Part shown: positions 59,459 through 64,000 of the stretch, in pieces
How positions within the stretch are numbered: position 1 is the first letter of the stretch
How the letters are laid out: each line of letters begins with the position of its first letter
Source: Flavobacteriales bacterium
Lineage (GTDB): Bacteria; Bacteroidota; Bacteroidia; Flavobacteriales; UBA7430
Reading direction: 5' to 3'
NCBI GenBank assembly: GCA_965662265.1
Contig: CBFIGX010000006.1
Location: 19,050-83,049, forward strand
Length of the DNA stretch: 64,000 bases
Notes under the pieces: model-generated
What the model was told of the DNA's origin: nothing
The model's database searches: none
Seen by the model: the letters and a program-made list of their open reading frames with translations, nothing else
Program-made: the position numbers and the translations under genes

Positions 59459-59728
59459 ATGGCAAAAGAATCAATGAAAGCCAGAGAGCTTAAAAGACAA
59501 AAACTGGTAGAAAAATACGCTGAAAAGCGCGCGGCTTTAAAAGCAGCTGGGGACTATGTAGGTTTGCAAAAACTTCCAAAAGACGCCTCACCTGTTCGTT
59601 TACACAACCGTTGTAAATTAACTGGTAGACCGAAAGGTTACATGCGTCAGTTTGGAATCTCTCGTGTTACATTCCGTGAGATGGCAAATTTCGGATTGAT
59701 TCCAGGTGTTAAAAAAGCCAGTTGGTAA
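59459..59728 (+). CDS. rpsN: 30S ribosomal protein S14 (long form, no zinc-binding cysteines)
   Basis: 89 aa. [19 protein letters not shown] and C-terminal KASW. Confidence 0.97.
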   Translation: MAKESMKARELKRQKLVEKYAEKRAALKAAGDYVGLQKLPKDASPVRLHNRCKLTGRPKGYMRQFGISRVTFREMANFGLIPGVKKASW

Positions 59729-59747
59729 ACTGATAAACTTACAAATT

Positions 59748-60146
59748 ATGTATACAGATCCAATAGCAGATTACTTAACGCGTCTTCGTAACGCCATAAT
59801 GGCGAACCACAGAGTCGTTGAAGTGCCTGCGTCAAACCTAAAAAAAGAAATAACAAAGATCTTAAAAGATCAAGGTTATATCTTGAACTATAAGTTCGAA
59901 AATAACAACGCACAAGGTAGCATCAAAATTGCTTTGAAATACAATGCTATTACAAAGCTACCTGCTATTACTTCACTAAAAAGAGCTTCTAAACCAGGCT
60001 TACGTAAATATTCTTCGGCATCAAATATGCCAAGAGTATTAAATGGTTTAGGTGTTGCAATCGTATCTACCTCAAAAGGTGTTATGACCGATAAGGAAGC
60101 ACGTACATTAAATGTAGGTGGCGAAGTAATATGTTACGTTTATTAA
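59748..60146 (+). CDS. rpsH: 30S ribosomal protein S8
   Basis: 132 aa from ATG 59748 ([16 protein letters not shown]). The track start at 59706 would overlap rpsN. Confidence 0.96.
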   Translation: MYTDPIADYLTRLRNAIMANHRVVEVPASNLKKEITKILKDQGYILNYKFENNNAQGSIKIALKYNAITKLPAITSLKRASKPGLRKYSSASNMPRVLNGLGVAIVSTSKGVMTDKEARTLNVGGEVICYVY

Positions 60147-60166
60147 TTAACGGAAAACATTAAGAA

Positions 60167-60718
60167 ATGTCAAGAATAGGTAAACAACCAGTCTTAATTC
60201 CTTCAGGAACTACCGTTACAGTCTCTTCATCAAATGAAGTTTCTGTTAAGGGTAAGCTAGGGGAATTATCTATGCAGGTTACAGAGCCAATCGTGGTAAA
60301 AGTAGAGGAATCTGTCGTTACTGTCGAAAGACCAAATGATCAAAAAGATGTTCGAGCAAAGCACGGTTTATATCGAGCTTTGATTCAAAATATGGTTGAT
60401 GGTGTTACAACAGGTTATACTAAGGAACTTGAACTTGTTGGAGTAGGTTATCGTGCTTCAAACAAAGGTCAGTTGCTGGAATTAAGTTTAGGATACTCTC
60501 ACAATATTGTGATTGAAGTGTGTCCTGAGGTTAAAGTGGAAACAGTATCAGAAAAGGGTAAAAACCCAATTGTCAAATTAACTTCAAATGATAAGCAACT
60601 TATAGGAATGGTAGCGGCTAAAATTCGCTCTATGAGAAAGCCTGAGCCATACAAAGGTAAAGGTATTAAGTTTGTTGGTGAACAAATTAGAAGAAAAGCA
60701 GGTAAAACTGCAGGCTAA
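60167..60718 (+). CDS. rplF: 50S ribosomal protein L6
   Basis: 183 aa. MSRIGKQPV and [10 protein letters not shown]. Confidence 0.98.
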   Translation: MSRIGKQPVLIPSGTTVTVSSSNEVSVKGKLGELSMQVTEPIVVKVEESVVTVERPNDQKDVRAKHGLYRALIQNMVDGVTTGYTKELELVGVGYRASNKGQLLELSLGYSHNIVIEVCPEVKVETVSEKGKNPIVKLTSNDKQLIGMVAAKIRSMRKPEPYKGKGIKFVGEQIRRKAGKTAG

Positions 60719-60728
60719 AATAGAAGCT

Positions 60729-61082
60729 ATGGCATTGTCAAAAGAATATAGAAGAAAGCGTATCAAAATGCGTGTTCGTAAGAACATCAATGGTACAGCT
60801 ACAACTCCAAGACTTTCAGTTTTTAGAAGTAACAAGTCGATTTACGCTCAGTTAATCGATGATTTAGCAGGTAAGACAATTGTCGCTGTTGGATCTACAG
60901 ATAAAGTTGTTAAAGCAGAGGGAACTAAGAGCGAACAAGCCAACCTAGTTGGTAAGGCCCTTGCCGAAAAAGCTGTTGCTGCTGGAATCACGGAATGTGT
61001 TTTCGATAGAAACGGCTATTTATATCACGGAAGAGTAAAATCTTTAGCCGAAGGTGCTAGAGAAGGTGGACTTAAATTCTAA
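60729..61082 (+). CDS. rplR: 50S ribosomal protein L18
   Basis: 117 aa from ATG 60729 ([13 protein letters not shown]). [18 protein letters not shown] and [13 protein letters not shown]. The track start at 60672 lies inside rplF. Confidence 0.96.
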   Translation: MALSKEYRRKRIKMRVRKNINGTATTPRLSVFRSNKSIYAQLIDDLAGKTIVAVGSTDKVVKAEGTKSEQANLVGKALAEKAVAAGITECVFDRNGYLYHGRVKSLAEGAREGGLKF

Positions 61083-61088
61083 GAAATT

Positions 61089-61616
61089 ATGGCTAGTAAA
61101 TACTATAACCTAGAAAAAGTTAAGCCTTCAGGCTTAGAGCTAAAAGAGCGCTTAGTAGGTATTCAACGTGTAACCAAAGTTACCAAGGGTGGTAGAACAT
61201 TTAGTTTTTCTGCCATTATGGTAGTTGGTAACGAAGAAGGAGTTGTGGGACATGGAATGGGTAAGGCTCAAGAAGTTGTTTCGGCAATTACTAAAGGCAC
61301 TGAAGATGCTAAGAAAAATTTATACCGAATTCCCGTTGTAAATGGAACCATACCTCACGAGCAAAATGGAAAATTTGGTGGATCTCGAATTTTTATGCGT
61401 CCTGCCTCACATGGTACCGGAGTTATTGCTGGAGGTGCAATGCGTGCCGTAGTAGAATCTGTTGGTATTCACGATATTTTGGCAAAATCTAAAGGTTCAT
61501 CGAATCCTCACAATGTTGTTAAAGCAACCATGGATGCTTTACTTCAATTAAGAGATGCTCATTCTGTAGCTTCTCAAAGAGGTATTTCTATGAGCAAAGT
61601 CTTTAACGGTAAATAA
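61089..61616 (+). CDS. rpsE: 30S ribosomal protein S5
   Basis: 175 aa. [14 protein letters not shown] and HGTGVIAGG. Confidence 0.98.
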   Translation: MASKYYNLEKVKPSGLELKERLVGIQRVTKVTKGGRTFSFSAIMVVGNEEGVVGHGMGKAQEVVSAITKGTEDAKKNLYRIPVVNGTIPHEQNGKFGGSRIFMRPASHGTGVIAGGAMRAVVESVGIHDILAKSKGSSNPHNVVKATMDALLQLRDAHSVASQRGISMSKVFNGK

Positions 61617-61624
61617 AGAACAAG

Positions 61625-61807
61625 ATGTCCAAAATTAAAATTAAGCAAGTTCGTAGTAAGATCGATAGACCTGAGCGTCAAAAAAGAACGCTTGAGGCAT
61701 TAGGTCTTAAGAAAATCAATCAAGTTGTAGAGCAAGAGGCTACTCCTCAAATTTTAGGAATGGTTAATGCTGTTAAGCACTTAGTTGAAGTAGAAGAAGT
61801 TAAATAA
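61625..61807 (+). CDS. rpmD: 50S ribosomal protein L30
   Basis: 60 aa. IKIKQVRSKIDRPERQKRTLEALGL. Confidence 0.96.
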   Translation: MSKIKIKQVRSKIDRPERQKRTLEALGLKKINQVVEQEATPQILGMVNAVKHLVEVEEVK

Positions 61808-61829
61808 GAACCATTTAAGTAATCGTTAG

Positions 61830-62279
61830 ATGAATTTAAGTAATTTGAAACCGGCTGCTGGCTCGGTAAAAAATAAAAAGCGTATTGCACGTGGACAGGG
61901 TTCTGGTCATGGTGGTACCGCCACACGTGGTCATAAAGGACAAAAATCCCGCTCTGGTTACTCAAGGAAAATTGGTTTCGAAGGTGGTCAAATGCCACTA
62001 CAACGACGCGTGCCAAAATTTGGGTTCAAGAATATTAATCGTATAGAATACAAGGGAATTAATCTTGACACACTTCAGACTCTAGTTGACAATAAGAAAA
62101 TTAAGGACGAAGTAAATATCGAAGTATTAATTGCGAATGGATTAATGCGCAAAAATGATCTAGTAAAGATTTTGGGGAGGGGTGCCTTAAAAGCTAAACT
62201 AAACATTAGTGCTCATAAATTTACTGCTACTGCCAAAGCAGCAATAGAAGCTGTAGATGGTACTGCTACTACCCTTTAA
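61830..62279 (+). CDS. rplO: 50S ribosomal protein L15
   Basis: 149 aa. RGQGSGHGGTATRGHKGQKSRSG. Confidence 0.97.
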   Translation: MNLSNLKPAAGSVKNKKRIARGQGSGHGGTATRGHKGQKSRSGYSRKIGFEGGQMPLQRRVPKFGFKNINRIEYKGINLDTLQTLVDNKKIKDEVNIEVLIANGLMRKNDLVKILGRGALKAKLNISAHKFTATAKAAIEAVDGTATTL

Positions 62280-62294
62280 TAAGCCCCCATACTT

Positions 62295-63605
62295 ATGAAG
62301 AAATTAATTGATACAATAAAAAATATTTGGAAGATAGAAGAGTTAAGAAACAGAATCTTAACAACCTTAGGTTTCTTATTAATCTATCGTCTAGGTTCTT
62401 TTGTAGCCCTTCCTGGCATAGACCCTCAACAGTTAGATGCACTTCAAAATCAAACAGCTGATGGGTTACTAGGACTCCTCAACATGTTTACGGGTGGTGC
62501 ATTCTCACAGGCCTCTATTATGGCTCTAGGTATTATGCCTTACATTTCAGCTTCTATCGTTATCCAATTAATGACTATGGCTGTTCCATATCTACAAAAG
62601 TTGCAGAAGGATGGTGAAAGTGGTAGAACTAAAATTTCTCAAATAACCCGATATTTAACCGTTTTGATTACTTGCTTCCAAGCACCTGGATACATTGCTA
62701 ATCTTAAAGCTACATTACCTGCAGAAGCATTTTTATTATCGAGTGGTTCATTTTGGTTTTCGAGCATTATAATACTTGTAACAGGTACCATGTTCGCAAT
62801 GTGGTTAGGTGAAAAGATAACAGATAGAGGTATCGGTAATGGTATTTCACTATTGATTATGGTTGGTATTATTGCAACCTTGCCACAATCATTTATTTTT
62901 GAAGTAGGTAGAGCAAAGCCATTGATTATCTTAGTTGAGTTAGTAATTATGTTAGCTGTAATTTTAGCTTCAGTTTTACTTGTTCAAGGTGTTCGTCGAA
63001 TACCTATTCAATACGCCAAAAGAGGTGCTTCGGGTCAGGTTGCTGCGTCTGCGCGTCAGTATCTGCCTCTCAAAGTTAATGCCTCAGGAGTAATGCCAAT
63101 TATCTTTGCTCAGGCCATCATGTTTATACCAATTACATTTGCTGGCTTATCTGACTCTGAAGGTGTGCAAAATTTTGTAGCCATATTCTCTGATTTTTCT
63201 GGATTCTGGTATAATTTTGTATTTGCAATATTAATCATACTATTTACTTATTTCTACACTGCTATTACAGTTAATACCAACCAAATGGCAGATGATTTAA
63301 AGCGAAATGGTGGTTTCGTACCAGGTGTTAAGCCAGGAAAGGATACTGCTACTTTTTTGGATAGTGTGATGTCTAGAATTGTGTTTCCTGGTTCGGTGTT
63401 CTTAGCAATCTTGGCTATTTTGCCCGCTTTTGCAATGAATGCAGGTGTGAATCAGTCGTTCGCACAATTTTTTGGAGGTACTTCTCTGTTAATTATGGTA
63501 GGTGTTGTTTTAGATACACTTCAACAAATTGAGGGATACCTATTAAATCGTCATTATGATGGTTTAATGAAGTCTGGTCGTTTGACTGGAAAGTCAGGAA
63601 TGTAG
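62295..63605 (+). CDS. secY: Preprotein translocase subunit SecY
   Basis: 436 aa. Ten TM helices. LGIMPYISASIVIQL motif. Confidence 0.97.
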   Translation: MKKLIDTIKNIWKIEELRNRILTTLGFLLIYRLGSFVALPGIDPQQLDALQNQTADGLLGLLNMFTGGAFSQASIMALGIMPYISASIVIQLMTMAVPYLQKLQKDGESGRTKISQITRYLTVLITCFQAPGYIANLKATLPAEAFLLSSGSFWFSSIIILVTGTMFAMWLGEKITDRGIGNGISLLIMVGIIATLPQSFIFEVGRAKPLIILVELVIMLAVILASVLLVQGVRRIPIQYAKRGASGQVAASARQYLPLKVNASGVMPIIFAQAIMFIPITFAGLSDSEGVQNFVAIFSDFSGFWYNFVFAILIILFTYFYTAITVNTNQMADDLKRNGGFVPGVKPGKDTATFLDSVMSRIVFPGSVFLAILAILPAFAMNAGVNQSFAQFFGGTSLLIMVGVVLDTLQQIEGYLLNRHYDGLMKSGRLTGKSGM

Positions 63606-63614
63606 AAGATAATT

Positions 63615-64000
63615 ATGATCTATTACAAGACTGAAGAAGAAATTGAATTAATAAGAGAGAGTTCTTTACTTGTTGCAAAAACGCACGCTGAAGTTGCGAA
63701 AATTATCAAACCTGGTGTTACAACCAATGAGTTAGATAAAATCGCAGAGGAGTTCATCAGAGACCATGATGCTATTCCAGCTTTTAAAGGTTATAGTGGT
63801 TTTCCCAATACATTATGTGCATCCCCGGATGAACAAGTTGTCCACGGAATACCCAATAACCAACCATTAGAATCAGGTTCGATTTTATCATTGGACTGTG
63901 GTGTTAAAAAAAATGGCTTCTATGGAGATTCTGCTTTCACCTATGAAATAGGAGAAGTGGATCAAGAAGTAAAAGATTTACTTAGAGTTACGAGAGAGTC
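63615..64000 (+). CDS. map: Methionine aminopeptidase type I (5' partial, runs off the window)
   Basis: ATG at 63615. Own translation: MIYYKTEEEIELIRESSLLVAKTHAEVAKIIKPGVTTNELDKIAEEFIRDHDAIPAFKGY..., open to the window end. Confidence 0.9.
   Translation, partial: MIYYKTEEEIELIRESSLLVAKTHAEVAKIIKPGVTTNELDKIAEEFIRDHDAIPAFKGYSGFPNTLCASPDEQVVHGIPNNQPLESGSILSLDCGVKKNGFYGDSAFTYEIGEVDQEVKDLLRVTRE

Noticed and set aside
59706-59747. Track start for rpsH 14 codons upstream, overlapping rpsN
   Set aside because: The conserved S8 N-terminus begins at [12 protein letters not shown] (ATG 59748). The extension overlaps the S14 C-terminus in another frame. Similar extensions were trimmed for the same reason: rplR (60672 to 60729), tig (35692 to 35722), sucA (23382 to 23412), beta-barrel paralog 2 (34792 to 34762) and fbp (33271 to 33256).

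Overview
AT-rich 64-kb core-chromosome segment, most likely from a marine Bacteroidota bacterium of the Flavobacteriia type. Supporting this: recurrent TAnnTTTG -7 promoter boxes, TonB-dependent receptors with CarboxypepD_reg N-termini, the DUF4290-murA pairing, fusA not followed by tuf, and secY followed directly by map. About 70 protein genes are densely packed. I saw no rRNA, tRNA, CRISPR array, transposase/integrase or recognisable defence genes. Content: a proteorhodopsin gene preceded by an azurin-like copper lipoprotein; LPS-related genes (GT9, kdsB); two tandem TonB-dependent receptors; dprA, gdhA, kbl; the rplM-rpsI-rpsB-tsf-pyrH-frr cluster; a tight MMPL-rfbA-polyprenyl synthase-unknown block; sucAB; a front-end-type desaturase; mfd, fbp; three tandem paralogous beta-barrel proteins; tig-clpP; a five-gene ABC/Ppx/sigma-54 activator/acidic protein unit; grpE-dnaJ; the uvrD-DUF4290-murA-thioredoxin-like string; and the rpsL-to-secY-map ribosomal cluster. 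Nothing here is demonstrably a new system. The best leads are: (1) the cupredoxin-proteorhodopsin unit; (2) the tightly coupled ABC-Ppx/GppA operon carrying a sigma-54 activator with no DNA-binding domain; (3) a perfect TGGCAA-N5-TTGCCA element upstream of grpE that also fits the sigma-54 -24/-12 consensus; (4) the triple beta-barrel paralog array; (5) the MMPL-RmlA-polyprenyl synthase block. All functional calls come from reading motifs in the supplied translations. No database search was run.
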